Below are positions 45,660 to 54,840 of a stretch of DNA of 64,000 bases, piece after piece. Each line of letters starts with the position of its first letter. The first letter of the stretch is position 1. This DNA is from Candidatus Liptonbacteria bacterium (GTDB lineage Bacteria; Patescibacteriota; Minisyncoccia; UBA6257; 2-01-FULL-56-20): the NCBI GenBank assembly GCA_023244895.1, contig JAHFLL010000001.1, positions 553,802-617,801 of the forward strand, in the 5' to 3' direction. A program made the translations under genes and the position numbers. The notes beneath the pieces are model-generated. The model saw only the letters and a program-made list of their open reading frames with translations. It was not told the origin of the DNA and made no database searches.

Positions 45660-45754
45660 ATGTAAAACAGAACAAAACCTAACTCGACCTTTCTAATATA
45701 ACTACCCCTTAAATTGTAACATATTCCTCCAAGTGGCTTCTGTGGATAATTAAC

Positions 45755-46447
45755 TTATCTGGCACCAAATGCCGGCGGGGGGTCAGCCTCAAAAAGAACT
45801 CTTTTCCCGGGCTCTATTTCTAGTCCCAGAGAGAAAGCATGAAGTTTCATGCGCCCTTTTACGGAGCGTTCCGACTTGTTGCCGTAGACCGGGTCCCCTA
45901 TTATGGGGTGTCCAATACTTGCCAGGTGAACTCTAATCTGATGAGTGCGCCCCGTTTTGGGCGAAACTTCCAAGAGGCACGCCTTCCGACCATCGTATTC
46001 CCGACATTCTTTGAGGGCATAATCCGTTACCGCCTCCTTGGCCATCTTTCCGGAATGAATACTACGGCGGATGCTTCCGGGACGAATACCTATGGGCGAA
46101 TCTATGGTACCGGAATCCTTCTTGGGAATTCCCCAAACCCAAGCCAAATATTTCTTTTCTATTTTCCTACCCCCGAAGAGAGATTTTAGATATTCAAAAT
46201 ATTTTTGCTTGCGGGCCAGAACCATAATGCCAGAAGTGTCTCTATCTAGACGATGCACTATGCCGGGACGGCTTACGGGGTCGTCTCCTACTTTTTTCAT
46301 CTCGGGATAGCGATTCGCTATCCAGTCCACCAGGGTCTTCCCCATTTCCTTACCAAGCACACCGTGCACCAAAAGCCCGGCGGGCTTATTGATAACCACC
46401 ATATTTTCGTTCTCGAAAATGACTAGCGGTTGTGAATCTTCTTTCAT
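45755..46447 (-). CDS. RluA-family pseudouridine synthase
   Basis: NKPAG, HRLDRDTSG, TGRTHQIRVH, GDPVYG. Confidence 0.94.
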   Translation of the reverse strand: MKEDSQPLVIFENENMVVINKPAGLLVHGVLGKEMGKTLVDWIANRYPEMKKVGDDPVSRPGIVHRLDRDTSGIMVLARKQKYFEYLKSLFGGRKIEKKYLAWVWGIPKKDSGTIDSPIGIRPGSIRRSIHSGKMAKEAVTDYALKECREYDGRKACLLEVSPKTGRTHQIRVHLASIGHPIIGDPVYGNKSERSVKGRMKLHAFSLGLEIEPGKRVLFEADPPPAFGAR

Positions 46448-46451
46448 TTAG

Positions 46452-46523
46452 TGGGCACAGAAGGAATCGGACCTTCGACCTCTGTCTTATCAGGACAGCG
46501 TTCTACCACTGAACTATGTGCCC
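46452..46523 (-). tRNA. tRNA-Ile(GAU), atypical T-loop
   Basis: GGGCACA acceptor stem, CTGTC-CT GAT AA-GACAG, T-arm GAAGG-TCCGATT-CCTTC. Confidence 0.93.
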
Positions 46524-46571
46524 AAACGGCAGTAATAATATAAGGAAGTTCTAATTAAATTTCAAATCTCG

Positions 46572-46643
46572 TGCGCCTTGGAGGGATCGGACCTCCGACC
46601 TTTTCGATGTCAACGAAACGCTCTACCACTGAGCTAAAGGCGC
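46572..46643 (-). tRNA. tRNA-Val(GAC), atypical T-loop
   Basis: GCGCCTT acceptor stem, TTTCG-TT GAC AT-CGAAA, T-arm GGAGG-TCCGATC-CCTCC. Confidence 0.93.
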
Positions 46644-46705
46644 ATATCGCCTCTTCCGAGAAGCGATGATTTCGAAGTATAGACTATCTTAAAATAAAGA
46701 TATTA

Positions 46706-46951
46706 TCAATCTTGGAGACCGCTTTCCAATTTTTGAAGGGCTTTCCTCTGCTCTAGAACATCCTTGGCATCTTTCAGATTAAAGTCTACCGAAGCGGTCG
46801 CGCCTTTATTAATCGTAGTGGCCTCGCTAGCTATTTTTATCATGTTCACTATGCCGTAAACGTAGAAAAATGCTATCACGCCAACAATCGCAAGCGCGTA
46901 AAAAGCTAAAAATATTTCCTGATAGTTCTGATACGCTTTCTTCAAGTTCAT
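46706..46951 (-). CDS. Small membrane protein coupled to the PilO-like gene
   Basis: Single TM; ATGA overlap with upstream gene. Confidence 0.6.
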   Translation of the reverse strand: MNLKKAYQNYQEIFLAFYALAIVGVIAFFYVYGIVNMIKIASEATTINKGATASVDFNLKDAKDVLEQRKALQKLESGLQD

Positions 46952-47499
46952 AATTTTTCGCCAAGGGCGTGCTTGTAGTAGATCTTGCCTTTCGCCACCA
47001 ATTGATACTTATCAGACTGCCTAGTTATATCCATGGTTTCTAAAGTTATCAGATAACTTGTAGATCTAGATTCTATCTCTCGCATAAAAAGGATCAGAGC
47101 GGAATAGTCCCCATTCGCAACTATGGTGAAATAGCTGAAGGCGGGTAGGCCATCTTGAGCCGTACCAGACATTTCTAAATTAGAGGCTACGCTCACCCTC
47201 GGGCCGCTGGCCACCTGTTCCAACCAAGACTTCAAAAGTATCAGCTTGTCTTCTATGGGCAATATTTGTTCAATTTGCTTCTGATACTCATCTATTTCTT
47301 CGGACCCCTGCTTGAGTCTGGCCAGAACCTCAAGGGAGTTCGCGTTTGCAGCCGCGTCGTTTCTTAATTTTGATATTTTACCCGCGAGCAGTGTCATATC
47401 GTTCTTAAGCCAATAGGCTGATGCCCCGAAAGCGACTACCGCCACAAGTATAAGCAGGGTACTCCAGAGCACTTTGCGATTATATGACTTCTCTTCCAT
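46948..47499 (-). CDS. PilO-like protein
   Basis: TM, coiled coil, ILP, GDYSAL..F..EIE, C-terminal GKIYY. Confidence 0.65.
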   Translation of the reverse strand: MEEKSYNRKVLWSTLLILVAVVAFGASAYWLKNDMTLLAGKISKLRNDAAANANSLEVLARLKQGSEEIDEYQKQIEQILPIEDKLILLKSWLEQVASGPRVSVASNLEMSGTAQDGLPAFSYFTIVANGDYSALILFMREIESRSTSYLITLETMDITRQSDKYQLVAKGKIYYKHALGEKL

Positions 47500-47555
47500 T
47501 GCAAAATAATTCTAGCATATTTTGGGACTCCGCATTACATGTTAAACTGGAAGGA

Positions 47556-48593
47556 ATGGCAGACCCCGAGGAGGCATTTTTTTATCATGCCTTAAATATT
47601 CTGTGTCGTTCCGATTATTCCCAGATAAATTCCATCCGGAAAAAATTTGTAAACTGGCAAGAGGCCTGGCGGGAACTTGGCAACCACAAGATAGATCCTC
47701 AAGAAGAACATCTTAAACTGGAAAAAGCCGGTATAAAAATAGTTCTTCGGGAAAATAAGGATTATCCCGCGTTGCTCAGGGAAATAGCTCATCCACCTTT
47801 CGGAATATATTTTTCCGGCAAAGACATTAAGACTCTCAAAAATCCGGCAATTGCCATAGTGGGAACCCGTAAGGCTACTCCAGAGGGTAAAGAGTCAGCG
47901 CGACATTTTGCGGGCAGACTCGCAGAGGGCGGATTATCCGTTGTGAGCGGACTCGCTTTAGGCATGGATGCGGCCGCGCACGAAGGGTGCTTGGATAAAA
48001 ACGGTATCACCCTCGCGGTTCTGCCCGGCGGGCTGGATCGCGTCTATCCTCGTCTCCACGAGAATCTTGCGCGCAGAATTCTAGACGCGGGTGGCGCGCT
48101 CATCTCAGAATACCCGCCCGGCACGCCCATCCAGCCCTATCGTTTCTTAGAAAGAAATCGGATCGTGAGCGGACTCGCGAGGGGCATACTAGTGATTGAG
48201 GCAGGATTGCGCTCCGGCTCGCTCGCCTCCGCGCGCTTCGCCACCGAACAGAATCGGGACGTATTCGTTCTGCCTGGCTCCGTGAAGCATCCTAATTATA
48301 AAGGTTCCAACTTGCTTATTCGGGCCGGAGCGGAGCTGGTCACCGAGCCAGAGCAAATACTCCAAGATTGGGGCATGTTGCCGGAAGAGAACAAATCTGA
48401 GATAAGATCGGACGACGAACTAGAAATAGTCGCCATACTCCAAGTCCTCCTCTCCCATAAGTCGCCGCTTGAAATTGACAAAATCGCGGAACTGGCTAAG
48501 CTGGACACTCAAACCGTAAGCCAGGCGCTTTCTTTACTCGTATTAACTGATAGAATAAACGAAAGCCCGCTGGGCTATTCTCCCAAAAAATGA
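47556..48593 (+). CDS. dprA: DNA-processing protein DprA
   Basis: AIVGTR, VSGLALGMD..AH, FLERNRIVSG, SGSL; start set at MADPE. Confidence 0.95.
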   Translation: MADPEEAFFYHALNILCRSDYSQINSIRKKFVNWQEAWRELGNHKIDPQEEHLKLEKAGIKIVLRENKDYPALLREIAHPPFGIYFSGKDIKTLKNPAIAIVGTRKATPEGKESARHFAGRLAEGGLSVVSGLALGMDAAAHEGCLDKNGITLAVLPGGLDRVYPRLHENLARRILDAGGALISEYPPGTPIQPYRFLERNRIVSGLARGILVIEAGLRSGSLASARFATEQNRDVFVLPGSVKHPNYKGSNLLIRAGAELVTEPEQILQDWGMLPEENKSEIRSDDELEIVAILQVLLSHKSPLEIDKIAELAKLDTQTVSQALSLLVLTDRINESPLGYSPKK

Positions 48594-50719
48594 AGTCTCA
48601 AACGCTAGTCATAGTAGAGAGCCCCACTAAGGCAAAAACCATTGGCCAATTTTTAAAGTCCGGCTACAAAGTAGAATCTTCTTATGGTCACATCCGTGAC
48701 TTGCCCAAAAGTAGGCTGGGCATTGATTTAGAGAACGATTTTGAGCCGCAATACATCATCCCGGTCAAGAGCAAAAAGAGAGTAACCGAACTCAAGAAAC
48801 TAGCCGCCAAGGCGGATAAGGTAGTGCTCGCAACTGACGAAGACCGCGAAGGAGAAGCCATTGCTTGGCACTTGGCCCAAGCGTTAAACCTGGGAGGTGT
48901 CAAACAGCCTTCTTCCACTAAAGCAATAAAAGGCAAAGGCGCAGTAGATCCTAAGACGCAGGCGGTGGAGCGCATTGTATTCCACGAGATAACCGAACAT
49001 GCCATAAAGGAGGCGCTCCAAAATCCACGCGAATTAGATTTAGACATGGTGGATGCCCAACAGGCCAGGCGCATACTGGATCGCATTGTAGGCTATAAGC
49101 TCTCCCCTTTCTTATGGAAGAAGGTCCAGCGTGGGTTATCCGCCGGCCGAGTGCAATCCGCGGCACTGCGACTTATAGTGGACCGGGAAGAGGAGATAAA
49201 AAAATTCCAGAACCAAGAATATTGGTCGCTTATTGCTAAGCTAAAATCTGACAAGGGAGAGTTCGGAGCGGAACTTTACAAAATTGGCGACAAGGACCTG
49301 GATAAGATGGAGATAGAGAGCGAAGTTAAGGCTAAGCGTATTATGTCTGACCTCGCGGGCGCGTCTTTTAAAATAGCCGAGATAGAGCGGAAAGAAACCG
49401 GCAAAAATCCTCTGCCGCCATTTACCACTAGCACCCTGCAACAGACCGCCGCGCAAAAGATTGGTTTTTCCGCGGGACGCACCATGCGCGCCGCGCAACA
49501 TCTATATGAGAACGGACTTATAACTTATATGCGCACCGATTCGGTTAATCTAGCCACAGAAGCTGTTACTGCCGGCAGAACCTGGATAGAGGAAAATCTA
49601 GGGGGTAAATACCTGCCGGACGCACCCCGTCGTTTCAAGAATAAGTCTCGCCTGGCGCAAGAAGCACATGAAGCCATCCGTCCAACTAAGCCAAATCTCA
49701 CGCCGGAAAATTTTACCGGCGAACCGGATGAGGCGAAACTTTATAATCTCATTTGGCGCAGATTTATCGCCTGCCAGATGAACCCCGCCGTCTTTGACGC
49801 GCTTCGGATTGAGGTTTTGGCGGAAAAGAAAAACATACCCTCCCACCACTTCCGAGCGAACGGCAGCACCTTGCGCTTTGATGGGTTTTTAAAAATATGG
49901 ATCACCAAGCTGGAGGAAACAGAATTGCCCGCGCTCCAGAAAAGCGACCGAATAGAGTTTTTGGAATGGCTACCGGAACAACATTTTACCCAGCCCCCCG
50001 CACGCTACAATGAAGCCAGCCTAATCAAAACATTGGAACAATACGGTATTGGCCGTCCCTCTACCTACGCGCCGATTATCTATGTTATCCAGGCCAGAGA
50101 CTACGTGGAGAAACAACAGGGTAGATTTTTCCCGACCGAAATCGGGACCAAGGTCAGCAATGTTATGACGGAGAACTTCAAAGATATAGTCGACATACAA
50201 TTTACAGCAAAAATGGAAGAAGAACTGGACAACATCGCGGAGGGTAAACGGGAGTGGCGCAAGGTCTTGCACGAATTCTACGACCCCTTTACTAAAAATC
50301 TGGCGGAAAAATACGAGACCGTGGCGGATAAGGCAATCGTGAACGAACCGACGGATGAGGTCTGCGAAAAATGCGGTAAGCCTATGGTTATAAAACTAGG
50401 AAGATTCGGCAGGTTTATGGCTTGCACCGGCTACCCGGAATGCAAGACCACTAAGGCCATCAAAGAACCACCCAAGAAAACTGGCATAACCTGTCCCAAA
50501 TGCAAACAAGATGAGCTAATTGAGAAGAAGGTCTCCCGCAAGGGCCGCGCCAGGGGAAAAATGTTTTGGGGTTGCAACCGTTACCCCGACTGCGACTACG
50601 CTACCTGGACCGACCCCACTAGAATCACCCCGGTTTATGACCCGGTGAAAGATGCGGAAATGAAGGCCGCGCGCGAGGCTAGAAAGGAGAAGTACGCGGG
50701 TCAAGCCAAAAAGAAATAG
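48590..50719 (+). CDS. topA: DNA topoisomerase I
   Basis: IVESPTKAK, ATDEDREGE, SAGRVQS, ITYMRTDS, C-terminal zinc ribbons. Confidence 0.97.
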   Translation: MKSQTLVIVESPTKAKTIGQFLKSGYKVESSYGHIRDLPKSRLGIDLENDFEPQYIIPVKSKKRVTELKKLAAKADKVVLATDEDREGEAIAWHLAQALNLGGVKQPSSTKAIKGKGAVDPKTQAVERIVFHEITEHAIKEALQNPRELDLDMVDAQQARRILDRIVGYKLSPFLWKKVQRGLSAGRVQSAALRLIVDREEEIKKFQNQEYWSLIAKLKSDKGEFGAELYKIGDKDLDKMEIESEVKAKRIMSDLAGASFKIAEIERKETGKNPLPPFTTSTLQQTAAQKIGFSAGRTMRAAQHLYENGLITYMRTDSVNLATEAVTAGRTWIEENLGGKYLPDAPRRFKNKSRLAQEAHEAIRPTKPNLTPENFTGEPDEAKLYNLIWRRFIACQMNPAVFDALRIEVLAEKKNIPSHHFRANGSTLRFDGFLKIWITKLEETELPALQKSDRIEFLEWLPEQHFTQPPARYNEASLIKTLEQYGIGRPSTYAPIIYVIQARDYVEKQQGRFFPTEIGTKVSNVMTENFKDIVDIQFTAKMEEELDNIAEGKREWRKVLHEFYDPFTKNLAEKYETVADKAIVNEPTDEVCEKCGKPMVIKLGRFGRFMACTGYPECKTTKAIKEPPKKTGITCPKCKQDELIEKKVSRKGRARGKMFWGCNRYPDCDYATWTDPTRITPVYDPVKDAEMKAAREARKEKYAGQAKKK

Positions 50720-50727
50720 TGTAGCTT

Positions 50728-50766
50728 TAATAAAACAACCCCCGCCGAGCGGGGGTTGTTTTATTA
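50728..50766. terminator. Bidirectional terminator
   Basis: taataaaacaacccccgc / gcgggggttgttttatta. Confidence 0.88.
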
Positions 50767-50780
50767 CATACAGAGATAGT

Positions 50781-53700
50781 CTACTGCGCCAATTTACGGA
50801 GCATCTCTTCCAACATCGCGCGCATAGTATCAAGCGTATTGGCCATCTGATTTTGAGAGCTTGCGTTGATGGTAGCAGCGGACGCAGTTGGCACACTGCC
50901 AACCATATAAGCCACATAGTTTATACCGATGGGCATCAAATTGATTGGCAAGGTTAGTCCCGTAGTCGCATCGGGATCCAGGCCATCTGTATATTTAACA
51001 TCTGTATTTGAGCTTATGGAGGCCTGTAGAGATTGCGCCACGCCGGTTCCAGCCGCAGTCTTAGTAGAATCTACCCTTAATTTAAGCGCGCTGCTGGCTC
51101 CTGCCGGAATTACCCAACCATTTACCCCGCTCGGGAAGTGCCATGTCTTAGAACACGTATTCTGACCCGTGCAAGGCGCGGAGGAATTTACTGTCGCCCC
51201 GTAACTGCTTGCAACATCCACCATGTTGGAGTCAAACAGCTTAACCCCATCTAAGAACAGGCTGCTTGGAGCCGTTCCGCCGAAAGTAACCGTTAAATCA
51301 TTCAGTACTGCCGTCCCGGCCGGGTCGGCGGATACGATTATATTCCCAAGGTCATCGGCCATGGTTTTAATGCGGTTAGAGGTTACGCCCAACGGACTAG
51401 CAGAAACGTTAATCTTCGTACGAATCACGTTTAAGGGATTGGAAACGGGCGCGCTGTAGTCTGTGCCAAGCTGTATTATGGATGCGGTATTGGAGGCGCT
51501 GCTTACGGCCGATATGTCCGAGATATTTCTAATGGAGAAAATGTGTTTGGAATTATCAGTCACACTGCCGGAAGCATAACTTAATACATCCGCCTTAACG
51601 GTCAACGAGATGGAGCTATTACGAGGCAACACTAGCGGACTACCCAACACGAATTTGTAGTAGTAACCATCGGCAGAAGAACCGTCCACATATCCCGCTA
51701 CCGCGATACGCTCTGTGCCTTTATATAAAGACACATTGCTTATCCCAGACTTCGCACCAGCCGAATTCTGATGGATTTTTAGTTCCGTAACTTTCACGTC
51801 TCCCGCATTGGAAGTTTCGGTCAAATTCAAAGCGAGTATTTTGACTCCAGTCGCGCCCATAACCACCTGACTAGCCATAGGAGCATTGGCCGCGTCGTTC
51901 GTCACTCTGACTGTCGTCTGAACTATGGGCGGACCCGTTGGCACCCAGTCCTGCTTGGATTCGTCCCACTTGTAGTACTCCCCGTTCCGCCAGATATTTG
52001 CCGCGGAAGCGGCATACGGTCCATTGCCGTAAGCGGTTACTTCGTTGATGGTGATGCGCAGGTCCTTGTTAGTGTCCGCGGGGTGGTAGGTTTTGTCTAC
52101 CACAGATGGGACGATCTTATTGCTAGGCGCATAAGCAGGTAGTCCTATCACTTGACCTGGACCGGTTAAAGATTTAAGTCCGAGAGAAAAGTTCACCTCG
52201 CCTGGAGAAGAGCTTGGCATTATGTCTGCAAGTACGACCAGGTTTACCGTGGAACCGGCTGGAAGGACCCAGCCATTGGATACTGGAACCTCTATGGAGG
52301 GAAACGTCATCACCGGATTAACATTCGGGCCAACTTGCTGATTACCCGCCCAGAGCCTGATATTACCCAAATCATTAGCATAAGACTTAACATCCGCGCA
52401 ACCCTGACAAACTAAACTGATCGAGTTCACCTGGACATCTCTAGCCGAGGAAGCTGTCAGGCTGAAAGAAGCTATTTTCGCTCCCGCCGTTCCCCTGGTA
52501 AATGTCTGCCCGCCAACATAAGAAACGTCCCTAGAGATACTCAGAATAGAACCCGAGACTGCCGTCGGCACCCAATCTTGTTTCACGGGGTCCCACTTGT
52601 AGACTTCGCCATTGCGCCAGATATTCTGGGCGGAAGCGGCATATTGCCCGTTGCCATAGGCGGTAACTTCGCTAATGGTGATGCGCAGGTCTTTGTTGGT
52701 GTCGGCGGGGTGGTAGGTTTTGTCCGCTACGATGACAAAGGCTGCATCGCTAACATCGCTTGCGCTCGGACCCTTATCTGCCGAGCCCACCATAATCTTA
52801 TATGAACCTACGTACTTGAAATCGCTCGGTATGGTCCAGGCATAATAACCGGTATTCGGAACCATGGATGCTATAACACCAGCAACATTGCCATACATAT
52901 CGGCGGAGGTAAGGGGCATGCCATTTGCATCAGCCAGTTGTATGATCACGCTTAAGCTCCCGAGATTAGCCGATTTCCAGGTGATATAATTCTTTGTACC
53001 GGTCTGCCAGCTCTCTCCCCCGTTTGGAGAAATAATTGTGATAGATGGGGCTTGAGCGGCAGTCGGCACCCAATCTTGTTTCACGGGGTCCCACTTGTAG
53101 ACTTCGCCATTGCGCCAGATATTCTGGGCGGAAGCGGCATATTGCCCGTTGCCATAGGCGGTAACTTCGCTAATGGTGATGCGCAGGTCTTTGTTGGTGT
53201 CGGCGGGGTGGTAGGTTTTGTCTACCCCAACAATTGCAAACGGCGCATTGCTCTCGTCACTGGACGTTAAGTTTGCCGAATTATAAATCGTGACCGTATA
53301 TCTCCCCGCCGCTAGCGTTGCCGGCACGCTCCACTCGTAGAAACCAGTATTTAACGCCTTCTCTGCAATCGTCATAACTTGAGTAGAGTAAAGCGCAGTA
53401 CAAGTCGTACCAACAGAAGAGTTGCATTCGTATAGTTTATTAAGTGCAATCTTTACATCAGACACGGAAGATGGCGCCGACCACTTGATTGTCTGTCGCG
53501 CTCCCATCTGCCAGCTCTCTCCTCCATTAGGAGAAAGGACCTGGAGAATTGGCTGGGTGACCGTTCCACATGAAAACTTCGCGTATTCATTTTGTCCATC
53601 CATGGTCGTGGTAGCGTATCCTCCGCAGGAGCTCTTCCAGGACCTAGTTTCTCCCCTAATACCCTTCAGATCAACAACGCAAGCACCAATCCCAGAACAA

Positions 53701-54644
53701 CCGAGGGCATTGTAATCGCTCGAGTTAGAACTATTGCTTGCGAAGTAGCAATTCTGTTTATTTGTGGAATCTCCTTCAAACACGCATTTAACCTGCTCGG
53801 TGACTATTTCAGTAGAACCTCCCACCTGCACGGATATGCTCGCCTTGGCGGACTGGCCGTTCTGGTTGGTCACGTAGAAAACTGGATTATAGGTACCGGC
53901 GGATTGGTAAGAGTGCTCAAAGGTGGCAGACTGACTCACTACCTGCTTGCTTGACACGCCACTACCCGTGGCGTAAGCCACCTCGTCTCCCCAAACAACC
54001 GAATAACTAAGGTAGTCGTTATAATTGCCCGTAGCGCTTATCTTCCATACTCCTATTTCGCCTACCTTTATGGTGGTCGGACCACTCACTCCAGAAATAA
54101 CCGGAGGCTGTCCTGCCGGAACTGGCGGCTTTGTTTCTATCGGCTTCACGCAATTATATAAAGCATTCAGTTTCTTGCGGGTACTAGCGCCTACCAGTCC
54201 GCTACCGTATTTGAGGCCCACCGGAGCCAGAATCTCGCTACGATACTTTTCCTGTAGACCAGTCACGGAAGAAGCCGTGGATTCACCATATTCTTGACTG
54301 GCCAATTCGCCCGAATCAATAGTAAAACCTTCTTTCTGGAGAAGCATGTGTAAATAAGCCACATCCTGCCCCTTATTGCCCGCCCGAAGCGTATTGCGCA
54401 ATTCTCGGCAAGCAGATATAACCTGACCATACTTTACCGTTTCAGTCTTCTCTTGCGGAAGGGTCGGGGTGGCTGAACCACCTCCCCCATTCTGGTTTTG
54501 CTGATTAACCTGCTGCTGTAATGCGGCAATCTGCTGCATTATGGCATTTATCATCGACTGAATGTCCGAGGTGCTTTGGGCGAAACCGGTCGCTGGCAAA
54601 AGCAGGACCAGGCCCAATACGGAAACAACTAGTTTTTTAGTCAT
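50781..54644 (-). CDS. Large secreted surface protein (PG-binding-like, PKD-like and Ig-like SPNGGE domains, three dockerin-like repeats)
   Basis: Signal peptide, Gln-rich coil, LRAG.KG.DV..L and G.VG..TR..LN, WGD...HSY...GTY, two SPNGGE. Confidence 0.8.
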   Translation of the reverse strand: MTKKLVVSVLGLVLLLPATGFAQSTSDIQSMINAIMQQIAALQQQVNQQNQNGGGGSATPTLPQEKTETVKYGQVISACRELRNTLRAGNKGQDVAYLHMLLQKEGFTIDSGELASQEYGESTASSVTGLQEKYRSEILAPVGLKYGSGLVGASTRKKLNALYNCVKPIETKPPVPAGQPPVISGVSGPTTIKVGEIGVWKISATGNYNDYLSYSVVWGDEVAYATGSGVSSKQVVSQSATFEHSYQSAGTYNPVFYVTNQNGQSAKASISVQVGGSTEIVTEQVKCVFEGDSTNKQNCYFASNSSNSSDYNALGCSGIGACVVDLKGIRGETRSWKSSCGGYATTTMDGQNEYAKFSCGTVTQPILQVLSPNGGESWQMGARQTIKWSAPSSVSDVKIALNKLYECNSSVGTTCTALYSTQVMTIAEKALNTGFYEWSVPATLAAGRYTVTIYNSANLTSSDESNAPFAIVGVDKTYHPADTNKDLRITISEVTAYGNGQYAASAQNIWRNGEVYKWDPVKQDWVPTAAQAPSITIISPNGGESWQTGTKNYITWKSANLGSLSVIIQLADANGMPLTSADMYGNVAGVIASMVPNTGYYAWTIPSDFKYVGSYKIMVGSADKGPSASDVSDAAFVIVADKTYHPADTNKDLRITISEVTAYGNGQYAASAQNIWRNGEVYKWDPVKQDWVPTAVSGSILSISRDVSYVGGQTFTRGTAGAKIASFSLTASSARDVQVNSISLVCQGCADVKSYANDLGNIRLWAGNQQVGPNVNPVMTFPSIEVPVSNGWVLPAGSTVNLVVLADIMPSSSPGEVNFSLGLKSLTGPGQVIGLPAYAPSNKIVPSVVDKTYHPADTNKDLRITINEVTAYGNGPYAASAANIWRNGEYYKWDESKQDWVPTGPPIVQTTVRVTNDAANAPMASQVVMGATGVKILALNLTETSNAGDVKVTELKIHQNSAGAKSGISNVSLYKGTERIAVAGYVDGSSADGYYYKFVLGSPLVLPRNSSISLTVKADVLSYASGSVTDNSKHIFSIRNISDISAVSSASNTASIIQLGTDYSAPVSNPLNVIRTKINVSASPLGVTSNRIKTMADDLGNIIVSADPAGTAVLNDLTVTFGGTAPSSLFLDGVKLFDSNMVDVASSYGATVNSSAPCTGQNTCSKTWHFPSGVNGWVIPAGASSALKLRVDSTKTAAGTGVAQSLQASISSNTDVKYTDGLDPDATTGLTLPINLMPIGINYVAYMVGSVPTASAATINASSQNQMANTLDTMRAMLEEMLRKLAQ
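51937..53222 (-). repeat. Three dispersed 161-bp intragenic repeats
   Basis: 52564-52724 and 53062-53222 identical; 51937-52097 diverged. Confidence 0.92.
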
Positions 54645-54840
54645 TTTATTGGTTTTGTGGGGACTTTTATGAGGTTATTATATCACAAACGTTTTAGACG
54701 TAAAATCCTCGTCCAATGCGTTCTGTGACAGCGAGAGAGTAAGATGGTTACACCCCCCTCGTCTTTCTTATAAATAGCGGGGTGTCAGGGTTGGGAAGGA
54801 AACACTTGCGCAACCTTAATTCCACACATACACTAGAACC

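Noticed and set aside
51937-53222. Diversity-generating retroelement TR/VR pair
   Set aside because: Differences between repeats are mostly synonymous and not adenine-specific, all copies are in frame in one gene, and there is no reverse transcriptase in the window
54784-54806. SRP RNA domain IV-like string tcagggttgggaaggaaacac
   Set aside because: Bases flanking GGAA do not pair and the AGCAG element is absent
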